Shown: positions 18,332 through 28,043, counted from the stretch's first letter. The stretch: DNA of 64,000 nucleotides from an uncultured delta proteobacterium (GCA_963705165.1 CAVPJD010000024.1:32001-96000), one strand, 5' to 3'. The notes: generated from the sequence alone by a model not told the origin. Numbers and translations are program-made.

Positions 18332-19294
18332 ATGGATGTGCAGAAACAAAAAACCCGAGTTGCGCTTCTGTCTGTGATTTCCAACACGGCTCTCGTCCTG
18401 ATGAAGCTCGTTGTGGGCATCATGATCAACTCGGTATCCGTCATCTCCGAGGCCATTCACTCCGGGATGGATCTGGTGGCGGCGATCATCGCCTGGTACT
18501 CCGTCAGGACATCCAGCAAGCCCGCCGATGACGATCACCCCTTCGGCCACGGGAAGATCGAAAATGTCTCGGGCACCGTTGAGGCGCTTTTGATCTTTCT
18601 CGCCGCCGGGTGGATCATCTATGAAGCCATCAAGAAGTTTATCCATCCGGAGCCCATCGAGGCGGCCTTTTGGGGCGTCGGGGTCATGCTCATCTCGGCC
18701 GTCACGAACGTCATCGTTTCCCAAAAGCTGTTCAAAGTGGGCAGGGAAACAGACTCCGTCGCCCTTCAGGCCGACGCGTGGCATCTGAGAACAGATGTTT
18801 ATACCTCATTGGGCGTCATGGTTGGGCTCGCCCTGATCTGGCTCGGGAAATGGATTTTCCCAAATTATAACCTCGACTGGCTGGACCCGGTCTGCGCCAT
18901 TGCCGTGGCCCTCCTGATTATCAAGGCGGCCTATGATCTGACGGTGCAGTCCGCCCGGGATCTTCTGGATGCCAACCTGCCCGAGGAAGAGCAAGCCTGG
19001 ATTCGGAATCTCATCGAAGAGAATCGGGGTACGGTTCGCGGCTACCATTATCTCAGGGCGAGAAAGGCCGGACATTACCGGTTTGTCGAGTTCCATATCC
19101 AGGTGGACCCGGAAATGACGGTAGAGAGCTCACACCGTCTGGCCCAGAGATTATCCCGGGCCATCAAAGGGCATCTGGCCAACTCCACCGTGTCGATCCA
19201 CATCGAGCCCTGCACCGGTAATTGCGCCGACAAATGCTTGGCCGGGTGTTTGCTGACGGAATCCGAGCGCACGGAGATCGCGAAAAATCAATGA
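18332..19294 (+). CDS. Cation diffusion facilitator (FieF-like) with Cys-rich C-tail
   Basis: SEAIHSGMD, DHPFGHGKIE, ADAWHLRTD and HIEPC..C...C...C motifs. Confidence 0.95.
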   Translation: MDVQKQKTRVALLSVISNTALVLMKLVVGIMINSVSVISEAIHSGMDLVAAIIAWYSVRTSSKPADDDHPFGHGKIENVSGTVEALLIFLAAGWIIYEAIKKFIHPEPIEAAFWGVGVMLISAVTNVIVSQKLFKVGRETDSVALQADAWHLRTDVYTSLGVMVGLALIWLGKWIFPNYNLDWLDPVCAIAVALLIIKAAYDLTVQSARDLLDANLPEEEQAWIRNLIEENRGTVRGYHYLRARKAGHYRFVEFHIQVDPEMTVESSHRLAQRLSRAIKGHLANSTVSIHIEPCTGNCADKCLAGCLLTESERTEIAKNQ

Positions 19295-19333
19295 CCACAA
19301 ATGAGTAAGCAAGCAGCAAGTAAAGGAGATAAC

Positions 19334-19735
19334 ATGAAAAGATGGTTGTTTGTCATCCCGCTGGTGGTTTTCATCCTCTGGGGTTGCGGGGACACTTTCA
19401 AGGGGATGGAGTCGGATTTGAAAATCAGTGTCACGGGGACACCCGGTCTCAAGGTCAGCGGTCACTATGCATTTGTGGCAACCGGGGAGGTGCCCAAGCC
19501 GCAGAATGTGGAAGGCACCGTACCGGTTGAATATCAGGGGAAGGGGCTGACGGCGCTCTGTCTTTTCAGGAAGACGTCGGCCGAGGGCACCTTGAAAGTG
19601 GAGATCACCCGGGACGGCAAGGTGATTGCCGCATCGGAAACCCAGGCACCCCAGGGCTTCGTTTCTCTCACCACCCCACCCCCGGGAACAGATACGATCA
19701 TTGGGCAGATCCTGAACAAGTTTTTTAGCAAGTAG
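19334..19735 (+). CDS. Hypothetical lipoprotein
   Basis: MKRWLFVIPLVVFILWGC lipobox-like; AAGGAG RBS. Confidence 0.75.
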   Translation: MKRWLFVIPLVVFILWGCGDTFKGMESDLKISVTGTPGLKVSGHYAFVATGEVPKPQNVEGTVPVEYQGKGLTALCLFRKTSAEGTLKVEITRDGKVIAASETQAPQGFVSLTTPPPGTDTIIGQILNKFFSK

Positions 19736-20049
19736 GCGCCATGCCTTACGGTATGACCATGAAAAAGCCGGATAAGCACCTGAAGAGCGGGTCCCTTTTA
19801 ATGGTCAAGCGGGCCAGCCCATATGCGGCGATGACTATAAAGGCAATGACGAACACGTTGATTCTGTAAATAAGAAGTTTTGCTCACCAGACGTCGAAGG
19901 CGAAATAGAGCATTGACAGGCCTAGAACCACGAAAAAGCATGCAAGGAGAAAGGCACAACTAACTGGTGTGGCTCCTTTTCCCTGTTTCTCAAGTCATCC
20001 ATTACCTTCCTGGAATGATTACCCTGCCGACAGTTAAGGCGGGCTCTTC

Positions 20050-21044
20050 AAGCCTGCCTTGCCGGGCCGGGCTTGGCTCATTCTGCCAGACGATCAATGA
20101 CATCCTTCTCGATACCGGAGATTCCGGGCTGCAGATCTTCAAGCAGGTCCTCAGCGTTTCTCTCATGCAGGTGACCAGCGGTGGCACCCGGTTGGGGAGT
20201 ACATCCAGTACGTTGACGGCTCATCGGTGCGGGGTCCTGTAAAGGCTGCAGGCGTTGTCCTCGGAAACGAGCCTGCCGTCCAGGTCCCGATCCACATCAT
20301 CAACTCCACGTTCGGCACTTCCTCGCCCGGATGCTCCGGTGCTTATCAGACCCCTGCCGATGCCGGTTACAACGGGTCCCTGGGGGTCAGCTTCTTCGCA
20401 CAGGACTGCGGAACGGCCTGCTCGGCCGGTGCCGGCAACGGAATTTATTATGCCTGCAGCGGCACAACCTGCAGCGGAGCGGCCGTTCCCCTTGCCAATC
20501 AGGTCCAGAACCCTGTGGCACTTCTGCCCGTTGACAACAATGGCGTGATCGTGCAGCGTCCGAGCGTTCCTTCCAGCGGATCGACCTCGGTCAACGGCTA
20601 CCTGGTGCTCGGGATCGGCGCCCGGCCAACAACGCACCTTCCGCAGTAACAGCCTATGCAGCCGATGCGTCCGGCAATTTCATCACATCCTTCAACGGAA
20701 GCAACTACACCGGGTTCATCGACACCTGCAGCAACGGACTGATCTTCCCTTCCCCCTCGCTTCCTGATTACGCTACCTATTCAGGCTGGTACTGTCCCTC
20801 ATCCACTCAAAACCTTTCCGCTACAAACAAAGGGGCCTCCGGCGCGCCGAGCGGCGCGGTTTCAATCCAGATCGCGAATTTCGAGACCCTGTTTGTTACT
20901 ACGACCAACAACGTGTTTGCCGACATCGGCGGCTATAACGTGGACTTCGATTGGGGACTCCCATTTCACCTTGGACGCAACGTCTACATCGGGATCGAAG
21001 AGAAGGCCTCCAGCCTGGGCACAGGACCTTACTGGGCGTATTGA
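20050..21044 (+). pseudogene. DUF3443-family (pepsin-like DTG) gene remnant, 5'-truncated and frameshifted
   Basis: CQTINDILLDTG, QDCGTAC, QVQNPVALLPVDNNGVIV, FIDTCSNG, WYCP and FDWGLPF..GRNVY..PYWAY* across three frames, with shifts near 20197 and 20620. Confidence 0.75.
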
Positions 21045-21309
21045 ACGAACGAGCCCTGCTGCTCCGTCATATTGATCCGCTCATCTTCATAAGCGCATCT
21101 TCGACTGAGCCCATGCACGGTTACCGATTGTCATCTTCTACCCATCCCCAGAATCCGATTTCAGCGACTTCAGGAAGTGACGCTTCACCTGGCACGATCT
21201 GTCTGGTCAGCTTGAGCTCTTGGACAGCTGATTCAAGCCCGCGCTTATGTCTTGCGGCTTGTGGCTTATCCTTTCAGATTGCGCCATTTTCCTGTATAGT
21301 ACGCCGGAA

Positions 21310-22263
21310 ATGAGCCTCGAGATCCAGATACTTTTCGCCCTTTTCCTCGATTTGCTCTTCGGGGACCCCCGCGGCTTCCCCCACCCGGCGAGGATGGTGC
21401 AGCGCTTTGCCCTCGCCCTGGAGCCTTCGGTGAGGCGGATGATCCAGTCGCCCCGGGAGGCGGGGGTGCTGGCCGCCGTCATGGTTATCGGCCTTGCGGG
21501 CATTGCGGCCTGGGGGCTGCTGAGGCTTGCGGCCTCCATCCACCCCTGGGCGTATACGGCCCTCTCGATCTGGCTCATCTACGGGGCACTCTCAGCGCGG
21601 TCGCTGGCCGATCAGAGCGCCGAGGTCTGCCGGGCCCTTGAGGTGAAGAACCTCGTCCTGGCGAGAAAGCGCGTCTCCGAGATGGTCGGGCGCGACACGG
21701 ATCGCATGGACGGCGAGGAGACCGCCCGGGCGGCCATCGAGAGCGTGGCCCGCCACAGCGTCGACGGCGTCATCGCCCCGCTCATCTGCGCCTTCCTCTT
21801 CGGCCCCCTGGGCGCATTCCTCTACAAAACCGTTGACACCCTCGGTGCGGCTTTCGGCCATAAAAACGAGCAATACTACGATTTCGGCAGGTTTTCCGCC
21901 TGGCTGGACCGGCTGGCCAACTGGATCCCTGCGCGCGTTGCGGTCTGGTTCATGGCGCTCTCGGCGATGCTTTTGGGAATGAGGCCCCTTGCGGCCCTGC
22001 TCATCAGCCGCCGCGACGGGTCGGTGCAGGCAAACCCCAACGCGGGGCTCCCCGAAGCGGCCATGGCCGGGGCCCTGGGGGTGCAGCTGGGCGGCCCCGT
22101 CTTCCGGGACGGCAAGTTCGACCCCGAGCCCTTCATGGGCGACCCCGTGCACCGCCTCGAGCCGAAGCACATCCGGCAGGCCAATGCCCTCCTGTTCGCC
22201 ATGACCATCATTGCCGCCACGATCTTCGCCCTGCTACGTAAGGGACTCCTGGCGATCTATTAA
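21310..22263 (+). CDS. cbiB: CobD/CbiB family protein (adenosylcobinamide-phosphate synthase-like, divergent motifs)
   Basis: GDP...PHP, VGRDT, DGVIAP, NWIPAR and PEAAMAGALG..LGG motifs. Confidence 0.85.
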   Translation: MSLEIQILFALFLDLLFGDPRGFPHPARMVQRFALALEPSVRRMIQSPREAGVLAAVMVIGLAGIAAWGLLRLAASIHPWAYTALSIWLIYGALSARSLADQSAEVCRALEVKNLVLARKRVSEMVGRDTDRMDGEETARAAIESVARHSVDGVIAPLICAFLFGPLGAFLYKTVDTLGAAFGHKNEQYYDFGRFSAWLDRLANWIPARVAVWFMALSAMLLGMRPLAALLISRRDGSVQANPNAGLPEAAMAGALGVQLGGPVFRDGKFDPEPFMGDPVHRLEPKHIRQANALLFAMTIIAATIFALLRKGLLAIY

Positions 22264-22331
22264 TAGGCCCCGATTTTGCAGGTTCTCATGAGAAAAACGG
22301 GACAGCCATGTCCCGCAATAGGTGAACCATC

Positions 22332-23753
22332 ATGATCGACTGCCCACGGATTGTCATCGGAGGGACGGAGAGCGGCGCGGGAAAGACCTCGCTCACCCTA
22401 GCCCTCGTTGCGGCCCTTCGCCGCCGGGGGGCGCGGGTCCAGACCTTCAAGGTAGGGCCCGATTTTCTCGACCCCTCTTACCTCGCCATCGCCTCGGGAA
22501 GGCCCTGCTACAACCTCGACGGCTGGATGATGGGACGCGATTACGTGGAAAAGCTCGTGGCGCGAGCCACGGCCGATGCCGACATCGCCGTCATCGAAGG
22601 CGTCATGGGTCTCTTCGACGGGGCCGAGACCGACAGCCTCGAGGGGAGCACGGCCGAGATCGCCTCCTGGCTCAGGGCGCCAGTGATCCTCGTGGCCAAC
22701 GTCTACGGCATGGCGCGAAGCCTCGCCGCCGTCGTCAAGGGCTTCGCCACCTTCGAGCGAAAGGTGAGGGTGGCCGGGGTCATCGCCAACCACTGCGGCT
22801 CCGTGCGCCACGGGATCATGCTCGCCGAGGCGCTCCAGGCCTCGCGACTGCCGCCGATGGTGGCCGCCATGCCCCGGGGTGCGCTCCCTGAGCTTCCCGA
22901 GCGGCACCTGGGCCTGGTCACGGCCGACTCTCGCAACCTCCCGCCCGAGACACTCGAGGCGCTGGCCGATGCCTTCGAGCACTACTCTGCATTGAGCGAG
23001 ATCGTCAACATGGCCCGCAGCGCGCCTTTTCTCTATGTGGAGGCCCCCGAGAGGAAGGGGATTGCGGAGCGGGTGCGCCTCGGCGTGGCCCACGACGCGG
23101 CCTTTCACTTCTACTACCGGGATCTGCTCGACGAATTGGAAGATTCCGGCTGCCGTATCGTCCGCTTCTCACCCGTTGCAGACGGGGGCTTGCCCGAAGG
23201 GCTCGATGCCCTCTACATCGGCGGAGGCTACCCCGAGGAAAAGGCGGCGGAGCTTTCGGCAAACGAGCCCATGCTCGCCGCCGTGAGGGGGTTTGCCGCC
23301 TCCGGCCGCCCCGTCTATGCCGAGTGCGGGGGCCTCATGTACCTCTGCAGGGATCTGGAGACGGCGGACGGGAAGCGATATCCCATGACGGGGATTCTCC
23401 CGGCGGGGACAAAGATGCACAAAGGACTTCAGGCGCTTTCCTACGTGAATGTGACCCTCAAGGAGGATTCCCTCTGGGGCCTTGCGGGAGAGAGCGTCCG
23501 GGGTCACGAGTTTCACCACTCGACGCTCACGGCAAACCCCGCAGGTCTCGAGGGCTGGCGGTCCGTATACAGCATGAAGAAGAGCCGGGCCGATGCCCCT
23601 GTCGAAGAGGGCTTCCAGAAGGGGAACATCCTGGCCGGCTACGCCCACCTCCACCTGTCAAGCCGCCCTGCGGCGCTGGAGCACTTCATCCGGGCCTGCA
23701 TGCGGCACGATGAGGAAAAGACGTTCTGCAGCCTCGACGGCGGAGGGACCTGA
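22332..23753 (+). CDS. cbiA: Cobyrinate a,c-diamide synthase
   Basis: SGAGKT, FKVGPDFLD, IEGVMGLFDG, ERHLGL, GGGYPE, YAECGG and GHEFH motifs. Confidence 0.96.
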   Translation: MIDCPRIVIGGTESGAGKTSLTLALVAALRRRGARVQTFKVGPDFLDPSYLAIASGRPCYNLDGWMMGRDYVEKLVARATADADIAVIEGVMGLFDGAETDSLEGSTAEIASWLRAPVILVANVYGMARSLAAVVKGFATFERKVRVAGVIANHCGSVRHGIMLAEALQASRLPPMVAAMPRGALPELPERHLGLVTADSRNLPPETLEALADAFEHYSALSEIVNMARSAPFLYVEAPERKGIAERVRLGVAHDAAFHFYYRDLLDELEDSGCRIVRFSPVADGGLPEGLDALYIGGGYPEEKAAELSANEPMLAAVRGFAASGRPVYAECGGLMYLCRDLETADGKRYPMTGILPAGTKMHKGLQALSYVNVTLKEDSLWGLAGESVRGHEFHHSTLTANPAGLEGWRSVYSMKKSRADAPVEEGFQKGNILAGYAHLHLSSRPAALEHFIRACMRHDEEKTFCSLDGGGT

Positions 23754-23803
23754 GGCTCCTAGGCATCCCGGGCGGTCCGCCCGGTTTTTTCAGAGCGTTC
23801 TGA

Positions 23804-23843
23804 AAGCAAAGGGGGCACACTTCCGGGTGTACCCCCTTTGCTT
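23804..23843. terminator. Intrinsic terminator between convergent genes
   Basis: AAAGCAAAGGGGGCACAC-TTCCGG-GTGTACCCCCTTTGCTT hairpin. Confidence 0.65.
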
Positions 23844-23857
23844 CGTCGATGTTCTGC

Positions 23858-24271
23858 CTACTTCTTCTTTTCGGCCTCTTTCTTTCTCGCCTCTTCGGCA
23901 GCCTCCTCTTCGGCCGTCTCCTCCATTTCGTGCAGCCGTGTGTAATAGTCGGGGTACTCCGCGAGATGGTCGATCGTGATCTCGAGGGCCGTATACTTGT
24001 CGGTCGTGTGCTCCTGCTCGACCTTGATTCCCATGATCAGCTGCTCGAGATCGAAATCCGTGATCTGTTTCGCGTCCGCCCGGCCGCCCTTGATCCTCTG
24101 CTTGAAGTTTTTGATGTCGATGCCGTGGGCCTTCTTGATCGCCGCCCGGTACTCCTCGAACTTCTTCTGGTCCGCTGCGGGCGCCGCCGACGCACCGATC
24201 GAAAAGGCAAATGTGAAAGCAACGACCAGGGACACCGACAGCATGACCCGACATAAAATCCGGCTGTTCAT
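23858..24271 (-). CDS. DUF5661-like protein with N-terminal signal peptide
   Basis: MNSRILC..ASA signal; DLEQLIMGIKVEQEH..DHLAEYPDYYTRL..ME motif; AAGGAGG RBS. Confidence 0.75.
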   Translation of the reverse strand: MNSRILCRVMLSVSLVVAFTFAFSIGASAAPAADQKKFEEYRAAIKKAHGIDIKNFKQRIKGGRADAKQITDFDLEQLIMGIKVEQEHTTDKYTALEITIDHLAEYPDYYTRLHEMEETAEEEAAEEARKKEAEKKK

Positions 24272-24472
24272 ATCTCGTCCTCCTTTCGCGTGTTCATATG
24301 GGAAGAGTTTAACCCTCTTTGCCATTTTTTTCACCCGGAACTTTATCCGGCCACAGCCGGTAAAGGGGTCCAGGTTGCCGAGATCGGTTTTCCGGCAATC
24401 CCGGTGCGGAAGTTGCAAGGTCAGGAGATGCCGCCCCGGAGGGCGCAGAGAACCATATTGCCGGACCGTGAC

Positions 24473-25099
24473 ATGCCGTTTTTCCGTCTTGTTGCTGCAT
24501 CCCTGACCATCATTTGCATCTTGTCCTGCGGGCCCAGCCCGTCGGGCCGGGACGGCTCCCCGATCAACGTCCTGGAGCCGCCATCGTTGGAACAGCAGGA
24601 GCCCGGGATCGTAAAGGTATCCAAGGACGGCTACGACATCGCCATCACGCAGAAGGCCGCCTACACGGTTCGCGGGATCGTCGTCGGCCGGGAGAATTAC
24701 CACTCGGGGTGGAACTCGCTCATCTCGCCCGCCGACGTGGCCCTGTGCTGGGGAAAGCTCGCCGAGAACGGGACGTACAAAAGGCTCAAGTGGTCCCAGG
24801 GAAACCGATGGTACTTCTGGCGCGCAGGCGATGAGTTCGGCTACAACAACGACTTCGTCGCCGTTCACAGCTCGAACAACCACCTGATCCCCGCCACCCC
24901 GAATCTCGCGAAAGCCGTCAGGAGCCTGAAGGAAGGCGACGCCGTGGAAATGACGGGGCACCTCGTGGACGTGGCGGCGACGAAGAAATCGGAAAATTAC
25001 TTCTGGAACTCTTCGACTTCCACGACGGACCGCGGCGACGGCTCCTGCGAGGTCATCTACCTGACGCGCCTCAAGATGCATGGGAAGATTTATCAATAA
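24473..25099 (+). CDS. Hypothetical lipoprotein (alternative start 24428)
   Basis: ILSC lipobox; ISPADVALCWG, SQGNRWY, SSNNHLIPA and DRGDGSCEVIY conserved-looking motifs. Confidence 0.75.
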   Translation: MPFFRLVAASLTIICILSCGPSPSGRDGSPINVLEPPSLEQQEPGIVKVSKDGYDIAITQKAAYTVRGIVVGRENYHSGWNSLISPADVALCWGKLAENGTYKRLKWSQGNRWYFWRAGDEFGYNNDFVAVHSSNNHLIPATPNLAKAVRSLKEGDAVEMTGHLVDVAATKKSENYFWNSSTSTTDRGDGSCEVIYLTRLKMHGKIYQ

Positions 25100-25144
25100 G
25101 CGAACAGCTTATCGGAAATATCAACAATCGTCCGCAGTTCGATC

Positions 25145-26284
25145 TCAGCCCGAAACCCGCAAGCCCCGGGTGATGACGACGGCACAGGCGATGGCCGCGG
25201 TGAGTACGCCGGTGAAAGCCCCCCAGCCAAACTCCTGGTAGATCAACCCCGGCAGCCAGGAGCCCAGCGCCGCCCCCGTGTAGTAGATGGAGATGTAGAG
25301 GCCGTTGGCAACGGCCCGGTTTTCCGTGGCGAGCTTGTTCATCGTCCCCATGGCGACGGCATGCACGAAGAACATCCCCCCGCACATGACGAACATGATG
25401 GCGAAGATCCCCGCGCCGCTGGGCACGTTGATGAGGAGCATGGAGATTCCGAAGAGCACGAGCCCGATCGTCATCGCCCGTCTTTCCCCGCCGCAAAGCC
25501 CGATGATCCTCGTCGCCCCCACCGACATGACGATCCCCATCAGGAACCCCGAGTACATCATGGAGATCACGAAGGCCGTGTAGGAGGGGTCGATCTCCTT
25601 GAGCCGGAAGGGCAGAAACGTGAGCAGGGCCATGAAGGCAAAGAAGATCGTGAAGGCCACGGCATAGAGCCGCGCAATGTCGCCGTTTCGCAGGATCGGC
25701 ATGACGGACGAGAGGCGCACGGACGACATGGACAGGCGCGAGTCGGCCTTCATCCGGGTCACGGCCACAAAGCAGCCGGCCAGCGCCAGGGCGATCAGGT
25801 AAAAGGTGTAGCGCCACCCCGCGTTCGTCGCAACCCAGCCCGAGAGGACGCGCCCCACAAACCCGCCCAGGATGTTGGCTGCCACGTACCAGGTCATCGC
25901 CCGCTGGATGTGCTCCCGGTCCACCGTGTAGGCGAGGTACGAGGTGATGGCGGCGAGAATCGCCGGCACGCAGGCCCCCTGGAAGAGCCGGGCGGTGATG
26001 AGCAGGCCGTAGGATTCGGCGGCCCCGAAGGCGGCCTGGAGAAGAGCAAGGGCCCCGATCGTGACGAGCAGCATCCGCTTGGCAGGCTGCGATTCCAGAA
26101 GGAGACCATAGAACAGGGGGGCAAAGCTCAGGGGCAACAGCACGGCCGTCATGAGCAGGGCCCCGCCCGAGCTCGTCAGCCCGAACTCCCCGGCCAGAAG
26201 CGGCAGGATGGGCTGCGGCGCATAGATCGCCGCATAGACGGCCACCGTTGTGATGAGGACAAAAAGGATATCGCGAAGAAGCAT
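25145..26284 (-). CDS. MFS transporter (YnfM-like)
   Basis: YAPQPILP, RLFQG, GGFVGR and ANGLY..YY.G motifs; many TM segments. Confidence 0.9.
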   Translation of the reverse strand: MLLRDILFVLITTVAVYAAIYAPQPILPLLAGEFGLTSSGGALLMTAVLLPLSFAPLFYGLLLESQPAKRMLLVTIGALALLQAAFGAAESYGLLITARLFQGACVPAILAAITSYLAYTVDREHIQRAMTWYVAANILGGFVGRVLSGWVATNAGWRYTFYLIALALAGCFVAVTRMKADSRLSMSSVRLSSVMPILRNGDIARLYAVAFTIFFAFMALLTFLPFRLKEIDPSYTAFVISMMYSGFLMGIVMSVGATRIIGLCGGERRAMTIGLVLFGISMLLINVPSGAGIFAIMFVMCGGMFFVHAVAMGTMNKLATENRAVANGLYISIYYTGAALGSWLPGLIYQEFGWGAFTGVLTAAIACAVVITRGLRVSG

Positions 26285-26454
26285 CGGGAGTTTATGCCCC
26301 CGTTTCGCCCCGCGTGCAACTTTATTTTTTGCGAATTCCGGAGCCGCGACGGACCCGGCTTGACTTGTCCGGCAGCCTCTGTTAGCAATACGGGAAGTTT
26401 CTACCGCAAGCCGGGATGCCGGCCGAAACGGGAATCGGAAAGGAGAACGTACAC

Positions 26455-26940
26455 ATGGCAGCCAAACAGTGGCAGACACCGCCTGCAATGCAGATCGACG
26501 CGGCAAAGAACTACCGGGTGACGATGGAGACCTCGAAGGGCACGATCGTCCTAGAGCTCTATCCCCAGCATGCCCCCAAGACGGTGAACAACTTCGTCTT
26601 CCTGGCAAAGGAAGGCTATTACGACGGTGTCGTGTTCCACCGGGTGATCGACGATTTCGTCATCCAGGGGGGAGACCCCACGGGCACGGGCCGGGGAGGC
26701 CCCGGTTACCAGTTCGAGGATGAATTCAAGGGAAATCCCCTGAAGCACGGCACGGGTTTCATCTCCATGGCCAATGCGGGGCCCGGCACCAATGGGAGCC
26801 AGTTCTTTGTCACCCACTCCCCCCAGCCGCACCTGGACGGGAAGCACACGGTGTTCGGGAAGGTGGTCGAGGGGATGGACGTGGTTAACGCAATCCGGCA
26901 GGGCGACAAGATGGTGAAGCTGTCTGTCGTGGAGGTGTAA
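26455..26940 (+). CDS. Cyclophilin-type peptidyl-prolyl isomerase
   Basis: [36 protein letters not shown] and [10 protein letters not shown] motifs. Confidence 0.97.
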   Translation: MAAKQWQTPPAMQIDAAKNYRVTMETSKGTIVLELYPQHAPKTVNNFVFLAKEGYYDGVVFHRVIDDFVIQGGDPTGTGRGGPGYQFEDEFKGNPLKHGTGFISMANAGPGTNGSQFFVTHSPQPHLDGKHTVFGKVVEGMDVVNAIRQGDKMVKLSVVEV

Positions 26941-27009
26941 CGTTTTCGAATATGGACTGATCAGTCATGCCGGGCGGCAAGGCATCAGGCAGAATATGAG
27001 AGGCAGGAT

Positions 27010-27348
27010 ATGATAGAATTTCTAAAGAGCGCGAAGTTCAAGGGCATCGTGGCAACGATTCTGATCCTTATCCTGGTGCCGCTTTACAGCTACTTCGTTT
27101 CGGATACCGTGGTGACGCGGATCAACGATGCGCAGATGAACATGGTCGACGGGAAATTTATGATCGCAACCGAATACAATCCCCTGGTCAATTCCGATGC
27201 GAAGTACCGGTTCAAGTTCGACTCGGGAACCATCCAGAACGATGCCGTCCGGCTCAAAGGCAAGCAGGTCAAGATCTGGAAGTACGGCTGGCGGATCCCG
27301 ATTTTATCCATGTACGAAAACGTAGTAAAGATCGAGGAAGTGAAGTAA
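27010..27348 (+). CDS. DUF1523-like membrane-anchored protein
   Basis: N-terminal TM; FKFDSG.IQ and YGWRIPILSMYENV motifs. Confidence 0.7.
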   Translation: MIEFLKSAKFKGIVATILILILVPLYSYFVSDTVVTRINDAQMNMVDGKFMIATEYNPLVNSDAKYRFKFDSGTIQNDAVRLKGKQVKIWKYGWRIPILSMYENVVKIEEVK

Positions 27349-27494
27349 TCCGCTTGAATAAAAGACACGATAAAACGGCAGGGTCGGGATCGGCTCTGCC
27401 GTTTCTGGATGAAACGGACGAATTAAAATTCCTCGCACCAAGGTGCCAGGAATTTAGAAACTTAAGGAATGGGTTTATCTTTTATTATGCTCGC

Positions 27495-27520
27495 TTACCC
27501 CGCAGCAAGCTGCGGGGAAT
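27495..27520. repeat. Palindrome TACCCCGCAGCAAGCTGCGGGGA
   Basis: Near-perfect hairpin; a related half copy starts at 27866. Confidence 0.55.
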
Positions 27521-27680
27521 GCGCGTGCAATCGTTTTCAATTTTCAAGAGCGTTTCCGTAAATCGATTTGCAGAGTCAACACTCCGGAAGTCTCAAGTTT
27601 GTGTCGATTCGTTCGATAAGAAAGCTGTATGCCCTGCAACGGTAGGGAAGGGTACAGACTAAGCGATCGGAAGGGAAAAC

Positions 27681-27863
27681 ATGAAATCCAAGAAATTCAT
27701 AGTATGGGCTATTCTGCTGCTCATTGTCCCCGCCCTCTCGGGCTGCTGGTATGCCGCGGCGGCAGGGGCCGGCGCCTACGGCGGCTACAAGGCGAAGGAG
27801 TCGGGGTATTCGCTCCAGAACCCCGTCACCAAGGACGGGGCCAAGAAGGACGAGACAAAATGA
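27681..27863 (+). CDS. Small Gly/Ala-rich lipoprotein
   Basis: LSGC lipobox followed by AAAAGAGAYGGY. Confidence 0.75.
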   Translation: MKSKKFIVWAILLLIVPALSGCWYAAAAGAGAYGGYKAKESGYSLQNPVTKDGAKKDETK

Positions 27864-27886
27864 ATTACCCGCAGCAAATATCTCCT

Positions 27887-27948
27887 GTCATTCCGGACTT
27901 GATCCGGAATCCAGTATCCAGATGGATTCCCGCATTCGCGGGAATGAC
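27887..27948. repeat. REP/RPE-like element GTCATTCCGGACTTGATCCGGAATCC..GGATTCCCGCATTCGCGGGAATGAC
   Basis: Terminal GTCATTCC/GGAATGAC inverted repeat with internal hairpins. Confidence 0.75.
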
Positions 27949-28043
27949 ACATGCGAAGCAGGTTTCGGGCATCAAACCCTTAATTGAATAAAAAGGCAGG
28001 ACCGCTGCCGGCCCTGCCTTCATGGATAGCGAATGATCGTTTC

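Noticed and set aside
23858..25096. 412-aa minus ORF
   Set aside because: Only the last 137 aa (from 24271, with RBS) look real; the rest is antisense to the lipoprotein gene
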